A stretch of 64,000 nt of DNA from a virus. The DNA is taken from IMG/VR virus record IMGVR_UViG_3300042507_006854, positions 32,001 through 96,000 of that record, one strand, 5' to 3'. The notes below the pieces were generated by a model. That model saw nothing but the letters and a program-made list of their open reading frames with translations. It was not told the origin of the DNA and made no database searches. Positions 1 through 10,100 of the stretch are shown here, piece by piece (the stretch's first letter is position 1; each line of letters opens with the position of its first letter). The position numbers were made by a program, and so were the translations under genes.

Positions 1-837
1 ATTACTGAAAATGGAGAATGTATCGGTAATCAAAATTCCGCTTCTCAAAGTCGTTATTCAGAAGCCGCTGGTCAAGCAGCGACTTTAATGAAGAACGCTT
101 TTGGTCGTTGTTCAAGTTACTTACCAGCCGGTAATCATAATCCATTAATTGATTTTCCAATTGCCAAAAGTAGTACGGCAGTTCCTTTTGAGGGCAGGGC
201 TGGTTATTCTGTTACCTACACTAATTCTAAAGAGATAAAAAATAAAAAGGGCTATTGGGAGTATTCGATCTCTATTGAAAAAGATACTGGCGGCGAACAC
301 ACGGGAACAGAAAATGGCACTATTACTGGCGCTGAAGAATTAAGACTTGGTAAAGAAAAATATAATAATGCTAATTCTGTATGGAGTTCTGTAAAAAGCG
401 GTGTTAAATCACGAATTAATGGTTATATGCCTAAACAAGGACAAGATTTAACTTTTTTTGAAAGCCATAATGAAATTGACGGTGTTATTACATATTCAAG
501 AACTGTTACAACGAGTAATAGTTTAACCACAAATCAAAATATTAGAAAAAAAATGGTCACAGTAACAGAAGATTATGAAAAACCACTATATAGTACTTTC
601 GGTATCGTTGGTAAAAAAGAAATTGCTCAAGTTAGGGATAATAAACTACCAATGGAAACAACTGTAACTATTGTTTTGAATGGCAAATATGATACAAGTA
701 TTAGTACATATTTAGGCGAAGCCAAAAGTCTTGGACAGGGGAAAAGAAAAGGTGGGTATTACAGTAAAGTAAGTTACAGTTTTTCAAAAGCTAATAGAGA
801 GTTTAACTATTCACAAACCTCTTTTAAAATGGTATAA
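1..837 (+). CDS. Putative virion structural protein, 5'-truncated by the window edge
   Basis: Frame is open from base 1, so the ATG at 88 is probably internal. Beta-rich S/T/G composition resembles the next ORF; first gene of the structural cluster. Confidence 0.5.
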   Translation: MTENGECIGNQNSASQSRYSEAAGQAATLMKNAFGRCSSYLPAGNHNPLIDFPIAKSSTAVPFEGRAGYSVTYTNSKEIKNKKGYWEYSISIEKDTGGEHTGTENGTITGAEELRLGKEKYNNANSVWSSVKSGVKSRINGYMPKQGQDLTFFESHNEIDGVITYSRTVTTSNSLTTNQNIRKKMVTVTEDYEKPLYSTFGIVGKKEIAQVRDNKLPMETTVTIVLNGKYDTSISTYLGEAKSLGQGKRKGGYYSKVSYSFSKANREFNYSQTSFKMV

Positions 838-851
838 AAAAATGGATAAGC

Positions 852-857
852 GTGTAA
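852..857 (+). promoter_or_regulatory. GTGTAA putative phage late promoter element
   Basis: The same hexamer recurs 8-27 nt upstream of many structural gene starts. Confidence 0.65.
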
Positions 858-878
858 TAATTATAAAGGAAAAAGGAT

Positions 879-2483
879 ATGGCATCATACGGAGGTTTTA
901 ATTTTAATTCATTATGCGGTGGACACGAACCTTTTGTAGGGATTGAAGACGAACAAGTTCTTGTCGGTGGAAGATTTAAGACTGCTAAAAAGGTAATTAT
1001 ACAAGGCCGAATTTATAATGATGGTTTCGAACAATCTTGTATTAAGTCTAATGCAATTAGTCAAAAAATTAATTCTTTACTTTTGGGTGTAAAGGACGAC
1101 TTTGTACCTTTAAATGCTGGGGGATTTTCTTTACCAATTGCAAGATGTGAATCGGTTGAAGTAAACCAGTCAAGTGTTTTTGAAGGGGCGGATTTTACAG
1201 CGGAGTTTCTAGGCTACCCTACTACTTTGGCGGCTTTTGGAGAAAATATCTTAGACCCTGTAGATACTAGGCAAATTAAAGAAAATAATGATGGAAGTAT
1301 TTCATTAATTAGAAATATCTCTGCAAAAGGTATTAGTACAGATGCGTCTCTTAATGGTATTAGTAACGTTAGAAAATGGATTGCGGGTTTAAATATCGAA
1401 ACACCACCACAAATATTTTTTCAAATAGGCCAACTGCAAAATCCTGATAATTCTGTTAAACCTCGTAGAATAGTAGAAACAATTAATAGATTTGAAGGTT
1501 CTGTCAGCATGGAAATTGAATTTGTTTATAGACCTGGGGCGAGAGCAGAAGAATTATTAAATTATAGTGTTGATGTTAGTTATGATGATAAAAGTGGTAT
1601 ATACTCTGTCACCTTAAACGGTAGTTTAACAGGTCATTTATATTCTACAAAATCTAGTTTAAAATCCGCTCTGGGTAAAGTTAATTTTTACACCTTAGCG
1701 TCGGATGCTTTTAAAAAAATTACTGGATTTAATTATTTAAATCGAAAAGAAGAACAATTTAATACTACAGAAGAACTAGAAAATAATACTATTAATTTTA
1801 GTTATACTTATGTTAGTGATCCATTTGATTTAAAAAAATCTTTTTCTGGAGAAGTTAGTTATGATTATGTACGAGATATAACAACTGTTAAAGTAACTGG
1901 GGCAATTACAGCTAGAGGTACTGAAAGAGAAAGAGATACAGCCCTACGTAACGAAATCACAAAATTAAGAAATGGCGGTCTATATGGCGAAGCAAATAGT
2001 TATTTTACTAAATATGCCGTTGAAAAAACTCCACCATTAAGTCGTTTTCCGGTATCTGAATCTATAACTACTGATGAATATGATAATACAATTAGGCAAA
2101 TTAATGTTAGTGCAGAATTTAGTAATCAATATGAAGACAAATCAGGATTAACAAAATACGAGTCTACTGTTTCTGCAAGCCCAAGTTTAGATGTTTACTT
2201 ACCAATACATTTTTTAAATGAAACCGATGGCGTTTTTAAAATGAATTTTTTTAAACGCGGAAATATTTCTGTACAATGCTCTGCATTGGCATCAAGTAAA
2301 TCTGCCGGTGGCGCTATAAAAAGTTTAGGTGAAAAGGATTTAGATGGAATTGCTACGACTGTTGGGGTGAATGGCGTTCGAATTCCAACCGAATTTAATT
2401 TATCAACTCCAGAATATTCTGACGGCGGTTATAGTTTTAATTTCTCTAAAACAGAGAATGTAGAAACTTCCGTTTTTAAATAA
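879..2483 (+). CDS. Putative virion structural protein (tail/baseplate region)
   Basis: 534 aa ORF with alternating beta-strand pattern, preceded by GTGTAA; assignment from context only. Confidence 0.5.
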   Translation: MASYGGFNFNSLCGGHEPFVGIEDEQVLVGGRFKTAKKVIIQGRIYNDGFEQSCIKSNAISQKINSLLLGVKDDFVPLNAGGFSLPIARCESVEVNQSSVFEGADFTAEFLGYPTTLAAFGENILDPVDTRQIKENNDGSISLIRNISAKGISTDASLNGISNVRKWIAGLNIETPPQIFFQIGQLQNPDNSVKPRRIVETINRFEGSVSMEIEFVYRPGARAEELLNYSVDVSYDDKSGIYSVTLNGSLTGHLYSTKSSLKSALGKVNFYTLASDAFKKITGFNYLNRKEEQFNTTEELENNTINFSYTYVSDPFDLKKSFSGEVSYDYVRDITTVKVTGAITARGTERERDTALRNEITKLRNGGLYGEANSYFTKYAVEKTPPLSRFPVSESITTDEYDNTIRQINVSAEFSNQYEDKSGLTKYESTVSASPSLDVYLPIHFLNETDGVFKMNFFKRGNISVQCSALASSKSAGGAIKSLGEKDLDGIATTVGVNGVRIPTEFNLSTPEYSDGGYSFNFSKTENVETSVFK

Positions 2484-2484
2484 A

Positions 2485-4380
2485 ATGAATAAATTATCTT
2501 CAATTAAATATTTTATGAATTTATTACCAGGTAGGGCTAATTCTAGTCTTTTATCTTACATGTCTTTTGATTCTGGTAATAACCAGTTTATTAAAAATAC
2601 TTCTGGTAAAAAAGATTCAAATAATAATGATTTAATTACTGGCTTTATATTACCAAACGTGAATAATTTTTGGCAAGTTTCTGGAGCCGCATGTTTTGAA
2701 AATAATTATGTTAAAATAGTAAATAATAATAATTTATTTAATTTTTCTGATTTTACTTTCGTATCTATTATAGAAAATACGGGTTCTGTGAGTGGTGCAA
2801 CATTATTTTCAACTGTCCAAACTGGTTTAAAATTTAGTTATGACGATTTTGGGGTTGAATATGAAGAAATCTTTTTAAAAGGCTGGGAATTTGGTTTAAC
2901 TTCTAATAATAAATTATATTTTGAATATAAAGATAATAATGGTATTAAAAATATAGTTACAAAAGAAACTCTTCCAGATAAAGCCCCAATCTTTTTTCAA
3001 ATTGATTTTAAAAATTTGACTTTTGGCTATTACGATTATTTTTCAAATACTTTAAAAATTAATTATCATTTTATACAAGATGAATATATTTTTAACCCAA
3101 ATTCTTTATATATTGGTTTTAATCCAGAATCTTCCGGTTTGTATAATTTCAATAAACCATTTTATGGGAAAATGGAACAATTACTACTTTTTTCTCCATC
3201 TATTTACCAATATGAATTAGAAAATATTTTTAGTGGTTTTGTTTCTAGTTATAATTCAGGATCTTATTTTTTTAATGAATATGATGTTTCTGGAGTTACA
3301 GGTTTCGCAACTGGAGTAGATGGAGAAGAAATACCTCTTATTGGAAAAATCGTAGTGATTACTGGTTACGCTACTGGAATAATTGGAACTGTTACCGAGC
3401 TTACTGGAATAGAAACGGTATTTACTGGAATGTATGAAGATGATTTTGGTAATATAGTAGAGGGTTTTGAAGACGTATTTTTAAGTGGAACCTTCGAACA
3501 AACAGGTTTAATACCTCTTTCTGGATTTTTAACAAGGCGAGAAAGTGGTGTTATCCCTGAAAGTATTAATATTAATAATAATGAAATATACCAATATGGT
3601 AGAAATGCAATTAATCTTTTATCTAAAATAGATAATGATGATTTTATTGATATCGAAATGTTCACAGGTAATAAGTTTAATTCAAAATATAATAAAAATT
3701 TAAATGCTTATTTTGATCGTGTCAATGGTACTTTTATATTTGACAATGTAAGATTTGATGGTGAGAATAAAAATTATATAGTTTTTGCTAATGGCCAATT
3801 ATTAAATAGTGGAAGTGGGCAACGGGTTGGTTCAGTCTATCAACCTACTTCTTATATTATTAACGAGGACTACGCAGAATTGTCGCGTGGTGAAATATTA
3901 TGTCAAAATGATTTTAATATTTCAGATAATATTTTAGGAGATTTTATCTCTGGAGGTTTGATTGTTATAGATGAATTTATTCCTTTTCATCAAAATTTAG
4001 CTTCTGTTATTGGTCATCCAAATCTTCAATTTAATCAATACAATGTTTTTATTAATGGGCAAAAATTATGTTCCGGAGAGCATTATACAATTTCTAATAA
4101 TGTAGTTTATTTTAATATTAATAGCGCACTTTTTTCTGGTATTTCTGGCCGTTTAAGTTTAGTAAATTTAAACTATGATTTAAAAATAACGGGCTCTGAT
4201 AAAAATTTATTTTTACCTTCTCAAAAATATTTTGAGAATTATAGTCAAGTATATAAAAATGGTTTGCGTCAACAAAATATAGGAGATTATATTGAAATTT
4301 CGAAATTGAATATTTTAACTGGTAAAGCAATATTTGATACAAAATCTAATTTAATATATAATAATAATACTTTATTTTAA
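2485..4380 (+). CDS. LamG/concanavalin A-like domain virion protein
   Basis: LamG-like end motif LYIG...FYGKMEQLLLFSPSIYQYELENIF. C-terminal repeats VFANGQLL / VFINGQKL / VYKNGLRQ followed by DY or HY. TG/SG-rich middle. Confidence 0.55.
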   Translation: MNKLSSIKYFMNLLPGRANSSLLSYMSFDSGNNQFIKNTSGKKDSNNNDLITGFILPNVNNFWQVSGAACFENNYVKIVNNNNLFNFSDFTFVSIIENTGSVSGATLFSTVQTGLKFSYDDFGVEYEEIFLKGWEFGLTSNNKLYFEYKDNNGIKNIVTKETLPDKAPIFFQIDFKNLTFGYYDYFSNTLKINYHFIQDEYIFNPNSLYIGFNPESSGLYNFNKPFYGKMEQLLLFSPSIYQYELENIFSGFVSSYNSGSYFFNEYDVSGVTGFATGVDGEEIPLIGKIVVITGYATGIIGTVTELTGIETVFTGMYEDDFGNIVEGFEDVFLSGTFEQTGLIPLSGFLTRRESGVIPESININNNEIYQYGRNAINLLSKIDNDDFIDIEMFTGNKFNSKYNKNLNAYFDRVNGTFIFDNVRFDGENKNYIVFANGQLLNSGSGQRVGSVYQPTSYIINEDYAELSRGEILCQNDFNISDNILGDFISGGLIVIDEFIPFHQNLASVIGHPNLQFNQYNVFINGQKLCSGEHYTISNNVVYFNINSALFSGISGRLSLVNLNYDLKITGSDKNLFLPSQKYFENYSQVYKNGLRQQNIGDYIEISKLNILTGKAIFDTKSNLIYNNNTLF

Positions 4381-4383
4381 TAT

Positions 4384-7122
4384 ATGAGAGTAATTTCGGC
4401 AGAAAACGTACAAGGCAATTTTTTTGGAGGCGATCCTTTTAGCGCTAACTGGGATTTTGGTGGGGGAACATCTCCATCAAAATTAACCCTAAATGTTGTC
4501 AATGAACAAGGTAAATATGGTAATCCCAAAAGCGCTTTAGGCTATAATAAACCACAGTCTATTTCAATAGGAAAATTTACTTTTAATGGTTATTTAGTAT
4601 CTTACTCAATAAAAGAATCTCCCACACAGGGTAAAACTTTAGAACTTGTTTATGTTGATAAATTTGTAGATTTAGATAAATATACAATTGGTTTAAAAGG
4701 TAAATGGGGCGAATCCAGCTCTGGTCAATTAATTATAGTGGGCAAAAGATACCATCCTTGTGACATTGATTTAGATTCGACAGTTGAATATCAAGAGCAA
4801 AGAGGTCAATACGACCCTTGTGATCCATGCCCCGAAATGCCAAAATTAAAATATGAATTAGCATGCAGCCCCCTATTAGAACAATTCAATATTTTTGAGA
4901 CCTATTATACTTTTAATGAGTTAGTAGATGTTATACCTTTTGATGTAGATATACCAAACGCAAAACAGTATAAAGAATACAGGTCTAATCATACCGGACC
5001 TTTGACTTCTGTTTTAGGTAGTTGGTGTTCCGATCTTGGCCTTGCTTATTTCTGGGACCCGTTTGGTGAAAAATTGGTTTTTATTAGTAGAGATAAATCT
5101 TTATCAATTAAAGACCCCGGTATCGGAAATGATATCATTGACAAAGAAGAAGGAGCTACGATGGAGAATTCCTACTCAAGAGGTCTTGTCGGTTATATGG
5201 GCTTACAAGGTGGAATAAAAGACTATAGCTGTGTAAAAAGCACGGTTGAAAATCTTGCCTGTTTAAAACTTGGAGATTTAGCTGCAGATGGAACTTATAA
5301 TAGTTTCGGTGGTGGTGAAAATAGTACTAGTTCTGCTGGAGAAGCAGATGAAAAATATGCAAATCATGAAGCAAAAGAAATTGCTATAGCTCTGAGTTAT
5401 TATTCAAAAGACATGCGTGATGCATTTTTATGGTTTGATCATTATGGAATCTTAGGCCCAGATGATTTATTAAAACAATCCGCAGATCAGGGTTCGGGAG
5501 CGTCTGCCGGTAAAATAGATGATGCGGCTACTTTTAGTTTTTTTGGCAACATGCGTGTTGTAGCTGTTTATACCGAAGGGGATGAGGGGGATAATATATC
5601 TCCAGGATTTTCGAAAATAGATGGAGCGTTATCTTCTCAACAAAGAGCGACTTACAACTTACCACTTGGGAAAGATCAGAAAGGAGGGGCGCCTGATTCT
5701 CCAAATTATTATTTTTTTATTGCCCAAGTTAATGAAGAATTATATAGAAAAGAACAAGATTCAGAAGTAGAATTATCAAGAAATTTTTTGGGTAAATATT
5801 GGTATTCCGAATTTGATACTACAATACCTAATGCTACAAATAGAACAACAGAAGTCGATATTCAAGGGCCTGACGGGGCTGGGACATGGTATTATAAAGG
5901 ATCTCAGCTTAAAAATTTACCAATTTTTAATTTTGGGCATGAAGAAGGTTCTTTTATTTCTAAATTAGATGATGAATTACCAACCGCAGATAAAGATTAT
6001 TTAAATAAAATAAATAAATATATTGGAGATCCAAAAGAAAAAGAATTTTTTATTAAAGGTTTTCTTTTGTTAGACAGGGAATCCAAATGGGAACCAAGTT
6101 CAGAGCAATCTCAATGGTATGATAGTTTATTTGATTGGTATGCCGCTCAAATTCCTGTAAAATTAGATGACGGTAGACCAAAAGTTTTATTTGATGTTTA
6201 TCCCGAAGCTGTGAATGACGCTTCTATAAGATTATATATAGCTAGAAAAGGCAATGCTTCTGCATTTAAAGTAAGAAAAGTAATTAAAACTGGACACCCA
6301 AAAGAAAGTCGTGTTCAAAAATCTTTTACAGAAAGTTATCAATCAGCATTAGGTGAATTCGTTGTAGAAGAAATTTGCAAATGGGGTATTTCAGATAAAG
6401 CAAAATATGTTTCACTTGAAATGGGTAGTCCTGTAGCAATTAAAATTGCTACGCCTGTAGAGTCATTTCAACAAGTTCAAAGTGGATCCTTAAGACAAGA
6501 TCCTGAAAAGTTATTATATGATGTTACTGGTGAAGGGGCTAATGCAAAAATTAAAGTCCCCGCTCCTTTTGATAAAGGTTATGACGCAGTAGTAAAGGCT
6601 TCTTCTAAATTTAAAGCTTTCTTGCCGAAGTATGAAAAAACATATATTAAAGAACCTAAAAATGCACAACAGGTTAGTAATGTAAGTTATTTATATGCAC
6701 AAGTAAGTGAAGAAAATCTTAATTTTTGGTTCCGAAAAAATAAAGGAAATAAGGGGTCTTCTGGTCGTGATGATTGTATGCCTACAGATAAAAATTTTGA
6801 TACCTACATGGAGAAAGTTCATCAATTCACCAGTTATACAATGAACTCTCCTCAAGATAGGTATGCATTTAAAATGGCTGGACTTTTTCCAGTAAAGTAT
6901 GGAGTTTTAGATGGTTTAAGTAGTGTTTCAATTAATATTACAGATGATGGTGTTTTTACTAATTACGTTTTAGAAGATAAAATTATTCAACCCCCTTCTA
7001 TCAATGTTATAGAACAGTTTTTAAGAAATAATGCCACCCCCCAAAGAACAATAGGAGATGGTCGTTTACCAATAGATCCTTGGAAATTAAGAAAAATGAT
7101 GGGATCTGTGGCTAATGTTTAA
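4384..7122 (+). CDS. Putative baseplate hub/tail protein
   Basis: 912 aa. N-terminal pattern (PSKLTLNVV...FNGYLVSYSIKE...LELVYVD) is reminiscent of hub proteins; structural context. Confidence 0.4.
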   Translation: MRVISAENVQGNFFGGDPFSANWDFGGGTSPSKLTLNVVNEQGKYGNPKSALGYNKPQSISIGKFTFNGYLVSYSIKESPTQGKTLELVYVDKFVDLDKYTIGLKGKWGESSSGQLIIVGKRYHPCDIDLDSTVEYQEQRGQYDPCDPCPEMPKLKYELACSPLLEQFNIFETYYTFNELVDVIPFDVDIPNAKQYKEYRSNHTGPLTSVLGSWCSDLGLAYFWDPFGEKLVFISRDKSLSIKDPGIGNDIIDKEEGATMENSYSRGLVGYMGLQGGIKDYSCVKSTVENLACLKLGDLAADGTYNSFGGGENSTSSAGEADEKYANHEAKEIAIALSYYSKDMRDAFLWFDHYGILGPDDLLKQSADQGSGASAGKIDDAATFSFFGNMRVVAVYTEGDEGDNISPGFSKIDGALSSQQRATYNLPLGKDQKGGAPDSPNYYFFIAQVNEELYRKEQDSEVELSRNFLGKYWYSEFDTTIPNATNRTTEVDIQGPDGAGTWYYKGSQLKNLPIFNFGHEEGSFISKLDDELPTADKDYLNKINKYIGDPKEKEFFIKGFLLLDRESKWEPSSEQSQWYDSLFDWYAAQIPVKLDDGRPKVLFDVYPEAVNDASIRLYIARKGNASAFKVRKVIKTGHPKESRVQKSFTESYQSALGEFVVEEICKWGISDKAKYVSLEMGSPVAIKIATPVESFQQVQSGSLRQDPEKLLYDVTGEGANAKIKVPAPFDKGYDAVVKASSKFKAFLPKYEKTYIKEPKNAQQVSNVSYLYAQVSEENLNFWFRKNKGNKGSSGRDDCMPTDKNFDTYMEKVHQFTSYTMNSPQDRYAFKMAGLFPVKYGVLDGLSSVSINITDDGVFTNYVLEDKIIQPPSINVIEQFLRNNATPQRTIGDGRLPIDPWKLRKMMGSVANV

Positions 7123-7151
7123 TTTTAAATATTAATCTAATTTATAAATAA

Positions 7152-7157
7152 GTGTAA
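7152..7157 (+). promoter_or_regulatory. GTGTAA putative late promoter
   Basis: 12 nt upstream of ATG 7170; no Shine-Dalgarno. Confidence 0.65.
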
Positions 7158-7169
7158 TACACTGTATTA

Positions 7170-10100
7170 ATGTTAATTTCAGGCACAAGGTTTCGGTCAA
7201 TATATCCTCAGTCTGTAGTAAATTGGAATTTTAATTTTCAACCTACTACTAGCACTGGCGTATTTGATTTTTCTTTTATTTCGAATAGTGGAGATGTTAA
7301 TATTTTTTCTATAAAAAATGGAAAAATTCTTACTACTGATGGTAAATTAGTTGGTGGTTATAGCCCTTATTCTGATATTAATTTATCGGGCAATGTTTCA
7401 AATGGTTTTATAGATCTATACGACACTAATGGGCCTTTATATCTAGGTTATAGAACAACTAATTATAATTATGTAACAGGTTTTAAATTAAATGCTTACG
7501 ATAATTTTATAGATTTTAAATCCTTAAATATTTTAGGAGATGTTCCTCAATATTTTTATGAGAATACTTTATCATACAAATCTGGAGATTTAATAAGAGT
7601 TAATATTTTTAATAGTGGCGAATTTGATTTTAAAATTTTTTCAGGTTCAATTAATACTAATGTTTTTTCACTAAGTGGCGCGAATAATTTAACGATACCT
7701 AAAAATAATAGTGGTAATTTTTATTTAGTCCATAATGGTGTTTTTATTGATTTTTTAAATACTAAAATAATTTTAGATACAGATTTTGGCACAAAAGAAC
7801 TGCCTCTTTTAATGTCTGGAATTAGAATTGAAGATCAATTATATTATATAACAATAGGCCCAGAAATTGTTGCTATTCAAAATGATTATTTTCAAGACTA
7901 TAATATAACTTTTAAAAATTCTTCTGGAGTTAAATTGTCTGTCGAATTAAAATATGTTAGTGGTATAACAGGAGATTATTATAAACCAGTTAGGCAAACC
8001 GGTTTGGCCTCTTTGACAAATGTCTCTGGTTTAATTTCTGGAAGTGGTTTTTTATATGGAAGATCTAGCGGTGTAATAACTAGATTTAATCCTTTGAGAG
8101 GGTTCAATGAATTTGGTACCGGATTTGGAGTGGCTAGAGATTTTAAAATAGCTGAAGATCAATATATTGAAAGATTTTTTATTATTTCTGGGTCAGGTAT
8201 TGGAGAGGTATATTTAAAAACAGGTATCCGTGTTACTGGTTATAGTACTGGTGTTGTCTATTCTGGTTATATAACTTATCTAGGTGGAAATTTAACTGGA
8301 TCTATTTCTAATGCGTTAGCGACTGGAGTAACCCCAGACAGTAGAAGAAATTGGACTGTAGTTAGTGGAGTTTTAGTTCCAACTACGTCAAATACAAATG
8401 TTGATAGTATCTGCCTTATTAGGCCCGAACTTTGTCCGACTTTATTCCCCCCAAACATTTTTGTCCAAACTATTACAGGTTTAGTTACTGGTAATTCAAC
8501 AGTATTTTATGATTATACTGGGCCTATTACGGGATATTATGAAGATAGAGATTTAAGAGTCGTCGATTTAGTAGCAAACAAAGTATATATAACTGGAGAT
8601 TTCGAAGATTATTATAACGTACTTGGTGTTGCATATGCTGTCGGCCCCAGAGTTTCTGGGAAATTTATTGGTGAATTGACTAATTTTGTCGAACCTGGTT
8701 TTTGGACAATATATAAAAGATGGTCTGGCGAATTAACAGGGGAAGGATTTGTAGAATGGACTGGCTCGGGTTTTGACCCTGTTAAAGTCGAAACAAGGCC
8801 TATTATTTTTACAGGTTATTGGTCAGGACAAATTGAGTCAGGATTTCTTGTAGACTTTTGTGATTTAATAGAAGAAAACCCTTTTCCGTGCGAATTTGTA
8901 GTAGAAGGAACTCCTGAATATGTTCAAACAATAGGAAATACTGGAATTTTTTATACCGAATTAAATGAAGTAAACGTGATTACTCAAAAAAATATTGGCT
9001 ATCAATATTTAGAATGGCCTAATGAAAATAGTGATTTTTTAATTAATTCTGGTAATATTAGTTTACATTTAGAACACCCGACAGGGGGGCGTACTAGAAT
9101 TTCTAGATTAGGGTCTACTCCATCTGGATCTGGAAAATTTGATAATCTTTTTCAATTTCCTTTCTATGAAGGAGTTAATACTCAGAAATTTGAGACGGGG
9201 GATGGGGGTGAATTATTATTAATTACAGGACAACCTGTTTTAAAATTCAATTTTAAGTTAGATTCGTCTGGAAATAAAATTCCAATTTATAGTGGTTATT
9301 TATGTGAATATGTAAGAACGGGAAATAATGAAATAGCAATTATTAATGGTTTTCCAGTTCCAATTCCTTTGTCATGCGAAACTAGTTCACAATGTATTGG
9401 TAACGGAGTTTGTTTTAGTGGTATCTGTTGGGAACATAAATTTGAGTTTGAAAGATATATATTTGATGTTTCTGGAAATCCCGTCCCAGACTTAAATAGA
9501 TACCAATGCAAACCCCAAACTGGTTCTACAGGCCAATTACTTTTAAATCCACTTTTAGATATTTCTGGCTCTATTTATGTAAAAGACGAAAAAGGTAAAT
9601 ATAATAAGGTTTATACTATTCCAGGATCAGAAAACAATATCGCTGTTCCTATGTATGAAATGATTCCTGATATGTTTGTAGCATCGAGTGGTTTTTTTGG
9701 ATGGAAAGAAAGTCTTCGAACTTTAACTGGTAGAATATATCCAGATGGTAGAGCTACATATATAACAGGTATTTCTGGCAAAGGTTTTATGGCCAATATT
9801 TGTGATAGTACTTATTTTCGTTTTAATATTACGGGCACCGGAAATGAAACAAATAGTATAGGAGCCTCTTTTTTTACTCCCGAAACTGGAAGATTATTAG
9901 TTTATAAATTATATAAGAGGGGTGACGGTAAACCAATTCAACAACAAAGTGGGGGTATGTATTTTTATACTGGTAAAAATTTGATTGTAAATTCTACTTT
10001 ACATACGGGAGATTATTATGGAACACTTGATTTCTTGCCAGTTCAATGTTTAAAAGAATATTCAAATTCATGTATTGGATTTAGTCATATAAGCTATACT

